A stretch of DNA of 64,000 bases, taken from Heptranchias perlo. Lineage: Eukaryota. Where the stretch lies: assembly GCF_035084215.1 (NCBI RefSeq), contig NC_090350.1, positions 11,842,001-11,906,000 of the forward strand, read 5' to 3'. Below the pieces are notes generated by a model that made no database searches, was not told the DNA's origin, and saw only the letters and a list, made by a program, of their open reading frames with translations. This document shows, piece after piece, positions 50,576 through 63,569 of the stretch (positions are counted from its first letter, which is position 1; each line of letters starts with the position of its first letter). The position numbers were made by a program, and so were the translations under genes.

Positions 50576-51059
50576 GTAAGATGGAAGTTACAATGGCCAT
50601 TGACATTGCAGTGGCATCAGGAGACAGGAGCTCTAGGAGAAGGTTGTCTCCACATATTAACAAGTGGCTGGTGCTTGGCTTAGATAGAGTCCAAAAGGGA
50701 GAAATTACCATTTAAAAAGGAGATTCTTACCATCTAAAAAAAAACCTGTACAAAATGTTAAGTATGGAGAGTAAGCAAGATTAAAAGAAAAGCAACTAGG
50801 ATAATTCCAGGACTCAGCCCTCTGAGTTATGAGGAGAGGCTCACAAAGCTGAACTTGACTCCACTGGTGAAAAGATGGGTTGGTTGGAAGAGGGGGAGAA
50901 ACATGATCCAGAGCTTTAAAATGTTGAAAGGCTCGGATGCAAGCACGCTATTTATCTTGCACTATAAGCACCGTACCAGAGGACGTGGGTTTAACCTAAA
51001 GCAAAATTAGAAATATTTCCCCTCCACAAAATAGTGAATGTGGAATAGACTGCCAACAA

Positions 51060-51331
51060 ATCATAGAATCATACAGCACGGAAGGAGGCCATTCGACACA
51101 TCGTGTCTGTGCCGGCTCTTTGAAAGAGCTATACAATTAGTCCCATTCCCCTGTTCTTTCCCCATAGCCCTGCAAATTTTTCCCTCCAAGTATTTATCCA
51201 ATTCTCTTGAAAGTTACCATTGAATCTGCTTCCACCATCCTTTCAGGCAGTGCATTCCAGATCATTACAACTCGCTGTATAATTTTTTTTTCCCTCTTGT
51301 CGCCTCTGGTTCTTTTGCCAATTACCTTAAA
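51060..51331 (-). mobile_element. CR1 3' fragment
   Basis: atcatagaatcatacagcac tail; same family as 53425-54110. Confidence 0.8.
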
Positions 51332-52162
51332 GTTGTTTTGACTTATTCAAAATGGAAATGGTTAAGTGTCTGGTTGGGGAGAGGATTGGAGGTTTTAAGG
51401 GACCAAGTATAGACCAAGATGATCAGGTGCTATGTGGTAAACAACAATAAGTTGAATAGTGGAGATGTGGGATGGACAGATATTCTGGAGTTTTGCTTGA
51501 TCACCTTTGGGGATTGGGGGAAGTTAATGCACAACATTTCATCAGGAGAAAAAAACAACAATCCCCAAATGGTGCTACCAGCTTCAGTTACAAAATGTGC
51601 CGCATAGACAATACCAGCATGAGATGTAAAATCTGAGGCATTCCGAAACGAGATGCATCAAGAGCACGTGATGAAAGGAGTATCCATTTAGGAAGGTTGG
51701 ACCAAAACACCTGCGACCAGATCACAAAATCTAACAACCTTCAGGAGATTGATTAGGCCCATGATAGATTGTACATGGTCGTGGAAGAAGCAGGCTTGAT
51801 GGGCTGCGTAGGTTTTTCTCTTTCCACACTCTCTTTTCTCCTTATTTCATGGTGCACTTAAACAAAGTTGCATTGTGAAAATGTGAAAGAATCAAAGTGT
51901 GTGTATTTCTGTTTGGATTTCCCAATATTTTATTCCATACACGAAGCGGAATTACCATATATAAATTTGTGTAACAGCTTATTTTAGTGGCTAATTCAGG
52001 ATGGTGAATTAAATCCTCAAGTACTTTTTTAAAAAAAAAGTAATGTCAAAATTAATGGTATTTTATAATGTAATGACATGAAGTAAATTTAACACATGGT
52101 ACCAGTTGTTGTCTCACAGTGTTAACACTGAAACTATAAGAACTTCTACTGTTGTTGCATAG

Positions 52163-52272
52163 CTAAAGAAACACATGGAGGAGTCAGGTGTGTTCAAAGG
52201 ATTCAAAGAAGGAGAACTCAACTTTCAACCAACCTACAAATACGATGTTGGCTCTGATAACTGGGACACAAG
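52163..52272 (+). CDS. INPP5B: INPP5B exon
   Basis: LKKHMEESGVFKGFKEGELNFQPTYKYDVGSDNWDT. Confidence 0.97.
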
Positions 52273-52679
52273 GTAATCGATCCCTTGGATTGTTTATTTA
52301 ATGGGAGATTTTCAATGTTGGATTTACTGTTTTTAACTTGAATCCTATTCTGATCAGAGTCCAACTAAAAATAGTTGCAAATACAGAGTGCCATTTCCCC
52401 TTAGTTTTCTCCAATAAGTACTAGCTTTTGCTGAGGTACAGTTCCACAAGAGAATGCTCCCTTCCTAGCCCAGAGACACTGAGCTGAGTTATCCCAAATA
52501 CTTGTCTGAGACCAACAAATTCAGCTGTGATTGAGAATCAACAGAATGTCATTTAATTTCTTTCCTAATGCAACTTTAAACTGTTTTCAACAGTAATGTA
52601 TATATGTGTGTACATGTAGAAACAACTAGCAGTGTGTCTGAAAGGCTTTTACAGATGTGTTGTCTTACTTACTTCTTAG

Positions 52680-52815
52680 TGAGAAATGTCGAGTCCCCGC
52701 ATGGTGCGATCGAATCCTTTGGAAAGGCAGCAGCGTCAAGCAGTTGGAGTATCGCAGTCACATGGCTTTGAAAATCAGTGACCATAAACCCGTTAGCTCA
52801 CTGTTCCTAGTTGGG
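52680..52815 (+). CDS. INPP5B: INPP5B exon with catalytic motif PAWCDRIL
   Basis: [46 protein letters not shown]. Confidence 0.97.
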
Positions 52816-53424
52816 GTAATGGAACCATCTTTTCACGTTCACTAGTGTTCCATCTTAGCTCTTGGTCATCTGCTGTGAAGAGGAATTGTCAGATAATATT
52901 CCATGTTTACTTTAATACTGAACAGTTTCTTAAAACTATCAAGTATCACAAAACCTGATCATTTTGTAAATAGTTTATTTGGATTGAACAAAGACTCAAA
53001 ACACCTTAGAATTAGAAAAAGGATTAAAAACGGACAGTTGTGAAATTTAACCGTTGCAGGAATGATAGGAAATATTTTGCATGTGGAAAAATGTGATGCT
53101 AAATTGAACTTGATTGTATTACTGTTGATATTAATTGGGCTTCACTATATCTATCAATTTTTTGAGTCAGCAGAGGTCTGAGCACTAAATGTACAGTGTA
53201 AACCCAGAGAGGTGCAACCTGACTCCGAGTGAAGCAGAGTGAGACCCCCAGAGGAGAGAGGTTGACACCACATAGAGTGTACATCGAGTGCTGCGTCAAA
53301 CCTGGCTCACAAAATTCTAGGCAGATCTGTTAGACCTCCACATTTAAATCCATCTGCCTTTAATTTACATGTTTAGGGAGCAGGGTTTCTTCCCTCCCAC
53401 ACTCTATAAACAGTTCATAGTATC

Positions 53425-54110
53425 ATAATAGGTACAGCACAGGAGGAGGACATTCGGCCCATCGTGCCTGTGCAGGCTCTTTTGAAGAGTTATCCAATTA
53501 GTCCCATTCCTCTCCTCTTTCCCCATAGCCCTGTAAATTTTTTCCGTTCAAGTATTTATCCAATTCCCTTTTGAAAGTTATTATTGAATCTGCTTCCACC
53601 ACCCTTTCAGGCAGTGCATTCCAGATCATTACAACTCGCTGCGTAAAAAAATGTTTACTCATGTCGCCTCTGGCTCTTTTGCCGATCAACTTAAATCTGT
53701 GTCCTCCGGTTGCCAACTCTTCTGCCATTGGAAACAGTTTCTCCTTATTTACTGTGTCAAAACCGTTCATGATTCTGAACATCTCTATCAAATCTCCCCT
53801 TAACCTTCTCTGTTATAAGGAGAACAACCCCAGCTTCTCCAGTCTGCCCACATAACTGAAGTCCCTCATCCCTGGTACCATTCTAGTAAATCTCTTCTGC
53901 ACTCTCTCTAAGGCCTTCTCATCCTTCCTAAAGTGTGGTGTCCAGAATTGAACACAATACTCCAGCTGAGGCCTAACCAGTGCTTTATAAAGGTTTAGCA
54001 TAACGTCCTTGCTTTTGTACTCTATGCCTTTATTAATAAAGCCAAGGATCCCACATGCTTTTTTAACAGTCTTCTTAACTTGTCCTGCCACCTTCAAAGA
54101 TTTGTGTATG
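53425..54110 (-). mobile_element. CR1 3' fragment
   Basis: LYKALVRPQLEYCVQFWTP...FFTQRVVMIWNALPE. Confidence 0.9.
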
Positions 54111-54611
54111 TGCTGTATTCAGCACAATCACAAGTGCCTAAGAGGAATGAATTTCATTTGGCATTATGTATTTTGTGAAAATATTGGGAAATTATAACAA
54201 TCAAAATAACCGTAGCGTGGGAGTGAACTATTCACAGCTGGTGGCTTTTGTAGGTTTTTCTGAAGTTTTTGTGGCTGTCACCTGAAATTCCCTTAAATGT
54301 TAACCATTGCTCTCTATCTGAACCAAATCTGGATCAGTAAGGTGATGACTGGGTTAATGTGTCCAAGATCACCCTTGTTTTAGAAGTACATTTTTTTATC
54401 CTAATCATGTTCGGATGGCCTGGCAGCTCAGGCTTTTGAATACTTGACTTTGAGCCCGATATTTACGAATTGGTGTTGCCTTTATTGGGTGAATTTAATC
54501 CATTCTCTGCCAGACCAGTAAATGGGAGACCTTTCTGTTCATTGTGATCTTTATTCTAGATGTTTACCCTTGAAGTAATCCTCAGTAATGACTAAGCAGG
54601 AATAATCTTTA

Positions 54612-54851
54612 ATAGAAACTGAAAATGCTGGAAACCCTCAGCAGATCAGACAGTATCTGTGGAGAGTGAAACCGAGTTAACATTTCAGGTCGATGACCTT
54701 TCATCAAAACTGACCTGGTGAAAGATCATTGACCTGAAACATTAACTCTGTGTCTCTCCCCACAGATACTGCTTGACCTGCTGAGTGTTCTCCAGCATTT
54801 TCTGTTTTTATTTCCAATTTCCAGCATCCCTAATTTTTTGGTTTAGTTTTA
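54612..54851. mobile_element. Older palindromic Penelope-derived element (different family)
   Basis: Imperfect inverted arms centred near 54710; 14-bp direct repeat aggaataatcttta at 54598-54611 and 54852-54865; decayed tgatgaaaggtc..gacctgaaa..ttaac motif. Confidence 0.7.
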
Positions 54852-54926
54852 AGGAATAATCTTTAGGTTGGTTTAAAGGGGAACTTTGCGATGTTGGGTT
54901 CTTAAGGACAGTCCATATTTTTACAG

Positions 54927-55037
54927 ATAAAGGTGGTCAATCAAGACTTGTACAAGAAGACATATGAAAATATTGTTCGCGTACTAGACAGAATGGAGAA
55001 TGATTCTATTCCTTCAGTGTCACTGTCCAAGACTGAG
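54927..55037 (+). CDS. INPP5B: INPP5B exon (phosphatase-ASH hinge)
   Basis: IKVVNQDLYKKTYENIVRVLDRMENDSIPSVSLSKTE; cag|...|gtaagt. Confidence 0.96.
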
Positions 55038-56484
55038 GTAAGTCATTCTGTTGCCTTTTTAGGCCATCCAGCTTTCTGACTGGCCCATTCTGTGTTGTCA
55101 TCAGTTCAATTCAACTTAGGCGATACGTTGTCACACTTACTTAGCTACGAGGGTCAAGGATGTGTCAATGAAGTGAAATTGTAGAGTTCTTAGAGAACTC
55201 ATTGGCATATTATATTTTCTAACATTATGCTTAAATGTTGCTGTTTATGTTGAACTTTTGTTATTGCCAAAGGAAGTTGATGAAAAATGCTATTTTCAGC
55301 CTGTTGTTTTCATCACCTTTCTGGTCAATTATAACTTCATCTCTAACACCCAAGTTTGCATTCAACCGGACAAACAGGATGAAAGGCTCTTTCCTTTAAT
55401 GAATATTAAGGGTCAGAATAATCAAAATGGGATTGGACAATGTCAACCAGCTCTTACTTGATACTGTTTTATAATTCAACCCAAATGGGCACTGATTTTG
55501 TCTGACTGACTGCATAGAGTGTGAGAAATTAGGATGATGTTGGTGGGTGTCTTCTGAAGTGAGACTTTGGGACACATTCTCAGCGTATGGTAAGGGATCT
55601 GATTCGCACCTTGGAAGTATTTAATGAGAGCTGAATGGGGGAAAAGGTGGAATTCAAGCGTTTGTCACTAAAATAATCTTTCAGTCCAAATTCTAATTGG
55701 TGAGATGCATTCATGAGAAATATAAATATAAAGTTACAACACAAATGTAAGCTGCAATCCCATTGTTACAAAACTGTAGAACCAGTTTAAAGCTACAAGT
55801 GTAATGTGAATCAACACTTGAGTAACTGCATCTCATATTCAATCCAAATGCACAGCGACATTTCAGTTAGGTACTACAGCAATAATTGAAGTTGTCCAAA
55901 TTGTATTACCTGTCAATACAAGAAAACTCGAGGTTGGCTTGTGCTGATCTGCCATTAGAGTGCTTGATAAATAAAATATATCATCCAAGGTCAGAATATC
56001 CACACTGCACCACTGTTTTCTCAGCTTTTACTCCAAATCACGTGTTGAACTTCTGAATATTAGACCCAGGAGCCTAATTGGACTCTCCTCATTTCAAATC
56101 ATTGTTCGCATCTGCATTTTATTTTTCCTCATTTGTTCTGAATGCTCCCAAGTGACAGTGGCATGAAAATCGTACAATGTTTTGTGAAATCTTCAGGGAC
56201 CATGTGAAAACACCCCACGTGGAATTTGTACGTGAAGTCTTTAACGAACCTTCAGAATATGGAAAAATAGTTCCAACTGCTACACAGCCAGCTAGGATTG
56301 TGCCATAGTGTTCACAGGTCCTCCATACAGTTCTCATTCACTTCGAAGAGCACAAATTAATACAATATAAAAATGTCTTTTATTCCTTACATACCATGTT
56401 TGGAATGCTTTGTGAATGTGTAATTTAGATGTATATTGTACAGTGATTCTTTAACTTCGTTCATTTTTATGGTGTTAATTGGAA

Positions 56485-58115
56485 TGTCATTGTCCTGGTT
56501 CCATTCTTATTTATTCAGTTATAGCCAGAGAATCGCCTGCAATGGCTTCTCTTCACACTCCTGCACTGTTACCTCTGAAGTCACCCAAAGATCTATCCTT
56601 AGCCACCTCCTATTTCCCATCTAGATGCTGCCCCTCGGCGGCATCATCCGAAAACACAACATCAGGTTCCACATGTACGCTGACGACACCAGTGCCAATG
56701 CACTACCACCTATCTTGACCCCTCCACTGCTCTGATTTGTCAGGCTGCTTGTCCAACATCCAAGATGTGCACAAATTTCCTTCAACTAAATATTGGGAAG
56801 ACCGAAGACAATGGCTTCGGTCCCCACCATAAACTCTGTTCCCTAGCCACCGACTCGATCCCTCTCCCTTGCCACTGCCTGAGGCTGAACCCAGACCGTT
56901 GGCAACCTTGGCCTCCTAATTGACCCTGAAATGAGCTTCCGACCACATATCCGCCTCATCACCAAGACCGCCTATTTCCACCTCCGTAACGTTCCCTGCC
57001 TCAGCTCATCTGCTGCTGAAACCCTCATCCATAGCTTTGTTACCTCTAGACTTAACTATTCCAATGCTCTCCTAGCCATCCTCCCACCTTGCACCCTCCG
57101 TAAACTTGAGCTCATACAAACCTCTGCTGCCCGTATCCTAACTCGCACCAATCCCATTCACCCATCACTCCTGTGCTCACTGACCTACATTGGCTCCCGT
57201 TCCGGCAACGCCTCAGTTTTAAAATTCTCATCCTTGTTTTCAAATCCCTCCATGGCCTCGCCCCTCACTATCTCTGTCACCTCCTCCAGCCCTCCAACCC
57301 TCCAAGATCTCTGCACTTCTATAATTCTGGCGTCTTGTGATGTCGAAGTCATGCAGTTAATTATAGAACCTTCTATGATGTGTTATATGTTACTAGTCTT
57401 CTCCAGTGAATAGTTCCAGGAAGTAATCAATTAGTGTGCTAACTAGGTTTTGTTCATCCATAGTTTCAGCGCCATTAAGGGATTTCAATTCTTTGGTAGT
57501 CCTCGCACTGTTACATTACTGGCAGAATTTCTTACAATTGTATTTGGCTTCTATAGCTCTGTTCATTTCTATTTCCGTCCTTTACATTTTTTTTGGAGAT
57601 TCCTGTGTTCTTCCTAGTGGATTTAGAGTGTCAGCATGGTTCAGTGGTCGCACTCTCACCTCCGAATCAAAAGGTCGTAGGTTCAAGCCCCACTCTAGGC
57701 CGATGCTTCATTGCAGTACTGAGGGAGTGCTGCACTGTAGGAGGTGCCGTCTTTCAGATGAGGCCCTCTCAGGTGGATGTAAAAGATCCCAGGGCACTAT
57801 TTGAAGAAGAGCAGGGAGTTCTCACAGTACTCCAATTCTGGCCTCTTGTGCATCCCCGATTTTAATCGCTCCACCATTGGCAGCCGTGCCTTCAGCTGTC
57901 TAAGCGCTAAGGTCTGAAATTCCCTCCCTAAACCTCTCCACTTCTCCTCCTTTAAAAAGCTTCTTAAAACCTACCTCTTTGACCAACGTTTTGGTCAGGT
58001 GTCCTAATATCTTCTTATGTGGCTCGGTATCAAATTTTGTTTGATAATGCTCCTGTGAAGCACCTTGGGGCGTTTTACTCCGTTAAAGACGCTATATAAA
58101 TGCAAACTGTTGTTA
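56485..58115 (+). mobile_element. L2 LINE 3' part, interrupted at 57340-57833
   Basis: LSWFHSYL...FHMYADDT...KTAYFHLRN...ETLIHSFVTSRLNYSNALL; L2 tail at ~58090-58115. Confidence 0.85.
57625..57823 (+). mobile_element. tRNA-derived SINE 5' half
   Basis: tggttcagtggt (A box), ggttcaagccc (B box), tgcagtactgagggagtgctgcactg core. Confidence 0.7.
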
Positions 58116-58224
58116 TCCGTGAGAAGATTTTACGTATTTAATGTTGGATCCAGTCCCCCTCCCCCACTCCCCCCAAATGGTCTAGTGAGCAACAGTGCGA
58201 CCCATTGTATTGTAGTACTAAGCC

Positions 58225-58550
58225 ATACAGAGCAGAAGATCCCAGCTTCAAAACCATGGTGTGTACAAAGTTAGCTGATCTCAACCAGCAAAACAGGTGG
58301 AGTGCTACAGTTGTTCTCGGATTCCTGAGCAAGACGAGGGGAAAAATCAGCCGGGGTTGCCATTCCTGATTGCTATCCAGTGACCCTTCGCAGCAAGTGC
58401 ATGTAGATATGTTTGACGTGGACAGGATCAGGCGCCACAACTGAATAGCTGGCCAACCCGCACTGTCATAATCAGACATGAAGAATGAGCGTTTGGTTAA
58501 CACATCGGAGGTTGCTGACACCGATAGAATTGCCTTCAGGAGAGAAAGGG
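58225..58550 (+). repeat. Old interspersed repeat family (SINE-like), several copies in the window
   Basis: ggggaaaaatcagccggggtt...ctatccagtgacccc...caggatcagg block recurs at ~24690-24970 and ~49130-49510, and inverted at ~29040-29410 and ~47250-47600. Confidence 0.5.
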
Positions 58551-59269
58551 AGACAGTTGCAAAGAAGAAATTTTTTAAAAACACACTATGTCCAACTATT
58601 CAAAGCTCAGACGGTGTTTGATTATATTTTAAAATCGGTTTTATAGTGGTGACTCATTCTTTGAATGACCAACAGTATCCTTATAAAACAGTATATACGG
58701 TATAGTTATAACAGTATCCTTAATTTGGTACCTGGTTTGGTCCCTGGAATGCTAACCATTCATTCTGAATGAATCTTTCCAAAATGTTATCAAACCAACT
58801 TTTTATGTAAAACTTGTGTTTCTAAATTTTGCCATCATTATCCCATTTTAAAAGCAATATGAGTAAATTTGATGGGGATTTTTTTGTATTTTTTGTTTAA
58901 ATAGTAATGCTGACCTCATCTGAAATCATGGATACTTTCCTGCTCCTGAGGTGAATTCAGCCGTGCAACTTCTCCCAGAAAACTATCCACCTCCCAGTGT
59001 CCTGAGTGTTGCTTTTATTTTCTCTTTCCCAAACCAAGAATAATTAAGACCATTTTGGTGTCTCAGTTCCCTCCATATTACTTTGGCTAAGTTATTTAAC
59101 TTGGCAAGCTCCAACTTTCTCCCATTACCGATACTCTTCTGGAAGTGGTGATGTATGCAGTTCTACAGGTGCAGTACCTCACACAAGTCCCTTTTCTTCT
59201 TGTGTGAGCCGAGTGTAGTGAGGGTTGAGACTTTATGACCATGGAAGCTTACTCAATATTCACACACAA

Positions 59270-59780
59270 TAACAACAACTTGCATTTTATATAGCACCTT
59301 TAATGTAGAAAAGCATCCCAAAGCATTTCACGGAGGCATAACCAAACAAAAGCATGGATGATAAGCCAAAGCAAAAAGAAATTAGGAGGGGTGACCAAAA
59401 GCTTGGTTGAAGAGGTGGGCTTTAAGGAAGTTCTTAAAGGGGAAAGGAAGTTGGAGAGGTGTAAGGGTTTAGGCAGGGAATTCCAAGGTATGGGGCCTAA
59501 GTGGGTGAAGGCATTGTCGCCAATGGTGAGACAGAAGACGCCAGAGTCAGAGGAGCAAAGAGTTTTTATTTATTTGTTCATGGGATGTGGGCGTCGCTGG
59601 CAAGGCCAGCATTTATTGCCCATTCCTAGTTGCAGCAGGGGTTAGGGCTGGAAGCGGTTCCGGAGATAGGGAAGGGCAAAGCCCAGAAGGGATTTAAACT
59701 CGAGGATGAGAATTTTAAATTTGTCGTGCCAGGAAACCAGGAGCCAATATAGGTCAGTGAGGACAGAGCTGATGAGTGAC
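59270..59780 (-). mobile_element. L2 3' end with a nested short LINE tail
   Basis: aacaacaacttgcattttatatagcacc tail; VLTDLYWLLV...FKILILEFKSL. Confidence 0.7.
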
Positions 59781-60717
59781 ACACCTATTTCTAACAGGAT
59801 CCCTGGATAGTGATTAGCAGTGATAAGCATGGACTGCCTTCCCAAGGCAGGAGGCACTGAGGCCAATTGTCATACTCCACTCCTCCCCATTGTCTCTTTG
59901 GCTGAGCCCTTTAACACAAGACAGACCAGGGATTGAAGCTGGGATCTTCCTGACCTGCATGGCTCAGCACCACACTGCACCATACAGTGCATCTCCCCAA
60001 ATCAGGTAGCCCATTAGCACTCACTGTTTAAATATAAAATATGAATCAGAATTCATTTCACTGTATGCATTTTAAAAGGTGTACAGGTGGTCACATTTTG
60101 GGCCTGAAATTTCACTAAGGTTCTCCCAGTCTCGCACTGTAACTGCAGCAGGAGACCAGCAGAACCCTCAGACAAATGACATAAATGACTGAAAACAGAC
60201 GTGTACGCCATATCTCCGGGGATTCTGACAATCTCCCACCAAAGTTACAGCGGGAGACCAGGAGAGAGAACCCCATCACAATTTTAGGGTCTTTGTCCGT
60301 ATTTTCCCTCCTCATTTTCTCCCTTCTCCTAAAAATCCTGATGTCTTTTGCATGGGGTTTAATTGCACAGGCACCTGCAGCATTCCTGTATCTCACTCAG
60401 GTGACTGTGCCCTGACCACCAAGGCAGTGAGTGTTGATTGGCCACTCCAGTGTGGAGAGCATCACTTTTGTCTGGGATGCTTAGGCAATTTTGGTGCTTC
60501 ACTGAAATCAGAGACCTCGGCATGGACCAGGGTTTGAACCTGATACTTTCCTGATTTGTATAGTTTATTATCTCACAACAGTGCCTTTACCCATAGATGT
60601 TGCATTGTTAAAGTGTTAATTGCAATCCTGTAGAGAATTGTATTCAAAAACTTGACTGTTTTAAGAACCATTTCAGTGCTGGGAGTACATTTTTAAAAAA
60701 CTGTTTTCTTTTTCCAG

Positions 60718-60883
60718 TTCCATTTTGAGAATGTGAAGTTCATGCAGCTCCAGGTTCAAACACTTATTATTGAGAATACTGGACTCGTGCCCTGTCAGTT
60801 TGAATTCATCACCAAACTGGACGAGTCTTCATACTGCAAACCATGGTTTAGTGCTACCCCTAATAAGGGGATTTTGACTGAGG
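60718..60883 (+). CDS. INPP5B: INPP5B exon (ASH domain)
   Basis: FHFENVKFMQLQVQTLIIENTGLVPCQFEFITKLDESSYCKPWFSATPNKGILTE. Confidence 0.96.
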
Positions 60884-61186
60884 GTATGTCATTCTGTACA
60901 AAAGCATAAATGCATCTCTTTTGAACATTGAGCCCTGTTCCCAGTTTGATTTTGTGTCTTTCTTTTTTCAAATGATCAAAATTAAAAAAGAAAAGTACAG
61001 GTACCACATAGAATGTGCCTGCTGTCTTTTCACCTGGTTTTCAGTCCAGTGTATGAAGAAAGTGCTTGTAGTTAACTCTATGGATCACTCATAAAAGTGA
61101 GTTTGAGACCATTGCACCTCAGTTCCTAATGACTGTTCCTAGGACAAAATGAGCACTAAAGTGGTAATCTCATTCAGAGACACCAT

Positions 61187-61781
61187 GGCCTTGATTTTAA
61201 CCCCCCCCAACCCAAGATGGGCGGGAGAGGGTCGGGGTGGGGGGATTAAAATATCAGGATCGGGCAACCTGGCCCCATTCTCGCCCCGTTAAATTTTAAA
61301 GGGCACAGTTCAGAGCACAGACAAGGCTCCAGCAAAAAGCAGGTGGGGACCTAATTAATATTCCTAAGTCGCGGCCTGATGACATCATGGTCTGCTGCGA
61401 CTTAAATTTAACAGAAAGTGAGGGGGAGGCTCGAGCTGTGGGATTCCCGGCACCTGAACCAACCCCCCAAGGTAAGTGGTGCTTTTAGCACTCCTTGTTG
61501 GCCAAGAGGAGCAGGAGTGCTCCACCTCCAGGCCGTTCAAGGAAGCCTTCGACCTCCCCCAGCTCCGATCTCCAGCCTCCCGATTGCCAACTGGATCTTC
61601 CTTTCCATTGCTGGGGACTGTCCCCGGCTGCGGCCTAGGATGTCCCTGGCCTATGACCGTCCCTGGCTGCGGCTGATGCCGTTACGATCGGCAGGGCCTC
61701 CACGTCCCCGGCCTTGCCAGGTTCTTCGACCATTTTCGGCCTACCCCACACCGTCCCCGCCTCCTTATTAATATCAGGGCC
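61187..61781. mobile_element. Harbinger-type MITE
   Basis: TIR ggccttgattttaa / ttaatatcagggcc with 3-bp TSD CAT (61184-61186, 61782-61784). Confidence 0.7.
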
Positions 61782-63195
61782 CATAAGTTTGGCTGGTGTG
61801 GAAATGGAAATGTCTTCTGAGAGTCCATTTACCCCTAAACCATGCTACACCTGACCAAGGATGACTTGATAATTACCCTGGGTGTCTAAAGGGGAACCGT
61901 GTTCCATTTCCCAGTGCCAACATTGCTCACTTTTATTTGCAGAAATATTCACCTTTTTTTTTGAAAGAACCTTCAAAGAAAAGAATTATTTGACCATAGC
62001 TTTGAATGGTGATAGCTGGAGGTAGACACTTGGTTTCACTTTGCTTTAGGTCTTTTGACCGTTGAGCATTATAGGTGCTGTGAAGATAGTCTTTAAACAT
62101 ACACGCTTTCTTTGATGAATATAATACCTGGATTGCCTCATAGCTCGAAGTCCAGACACAGGCATTACCCATAATGAGACACGTCAATGAGCCAGTCATT
62201 CACCGAGTTCTGTCCACCTCCTTCATACGACTGTACAAAGATCTGCAAAGGCCTGGACTCTTCAGCCTCAGCTACAGCAGAGCTAATAGGCTGTACCACA
62301 TGGTCCAGGCACCTGGAGAGTTTGCTAGATCCACATAAAGCGTGGCAAACCTGCCATCCAAAAGATAGCTCCAGGTTCTTGTGAAAAGAAGTCTAAGCAG
62401 CTGGACACATGGGGCAAGAGGCATAGCCTCTTACCAAATGCACTAGTTGAAATTTAAGCACAAACAATGCAGACAGATTCCATTATCGTTAGCAGGAATC
62501 AGAAACAGGCAAATTTGTTCAGCGTTAGCCAGTCAGCAGAGCTGCTTCAGTGGTTGCTATTGGAGATTAATCTCTTTTAAAAGAAATTCACTTTTTCATA
62601 CTCCACATTAAATACATGAGGAAATCAAATGCTTGGTTCTGGGAAATCCAGAGAGTGCTGATAGTAGAATCATACAGCACAGAAGGAGGCCATTCAGCCC
62701 ATCATGCCCATCTTTAAAACAGCCAATCAATTAGTCCCACTCCCCTGCTCTTTTTCCATAACCCTGCAAATGTTTCCTTTTCAACTATATATCCAATTCC
62801 CTTTAGTACTTGAGGGTTGGCTGGCCTCAACTCACTCAAAAAATAGAAATAACGTTTACTTGCGAGGGTTAAGAGTTGTTTGCCCTCATTGTCTGTCCTA
62901 AATCAGCACTTGCTTCTTGATTTTGTTTTTAATGAATTGAATTATTGTGACTTTTATCTACGCAGACTAATCACAAAAATATCTTGACTGCAGTACAATT
63001 AGCATCTTAAAACACTTCTAAGATAAACAGAAAAGCGTACCCCTGCTCCTCTCAAATTTAGTGTAACATTCTTTGCAGTAATCAGATTCAGATTCAGATA
63101 GCTTGTTTTGTGTCAATGAAGCAGCTGCAATAAAAATGTTCGGTGGCAATTTTGCAGAAATCTTATTTCAGTCATGGTTTTATTTTTTTTTTCAG

Positions 63196-63431
63196 GAGCT
63201 AGAATAGAAATTGAGTTCGAAGTATACGTGAATAAATCTACTGCTCTCGCAATGAATGTGGGAGAGGATCACATTGGGGATATTTTAATCTTACATCTAC
63301 TACGAGGAAAAGACTACTTCCTGGCCATTTCTGGGAATTACCTCCCGAGTTGCTTCGGATCCTCGTTGCAAGCGCTTTGCTACATGAGGGAACCAATCCA
63401 AGACATGCCACCTGAAAGAATAAAAGAGCTG
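63196..63431 (+). CDS. INPP5B: INPP5B exon (ASH domain end)
   Basis: ARIEIEFEVYVNKSTALAMNVGEDHIGDILILHLLRGKDYFLAISGNYLPSCFGSSLQALCYMREPIQDMPPERIKEL; cag|...|gtgagt. Confidence 0.97.
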
Positions 63432-63569
63432 GTGAGTAAATGAGTTTAAAATAGTGTAAAGCAGCCACAAGAAGACACCTGCAGCCATGGAAATGAACTG
63501 AAAGGGCTTGGCTTTTAAAAGTTTAGTGCAAGATGGTATAATTTTTCCTTGCTTGCTATTTTTAACATC

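Noticed and set aside
34823-63431. OCRL as an alternative identity for the gene
   Set aside because: Diagnostic stretches (GTYNVNG, DTPKEEEWFKAVSE, EHAAYV, GIMGRMG, FGLRD) match INPP5B better than OCRL.
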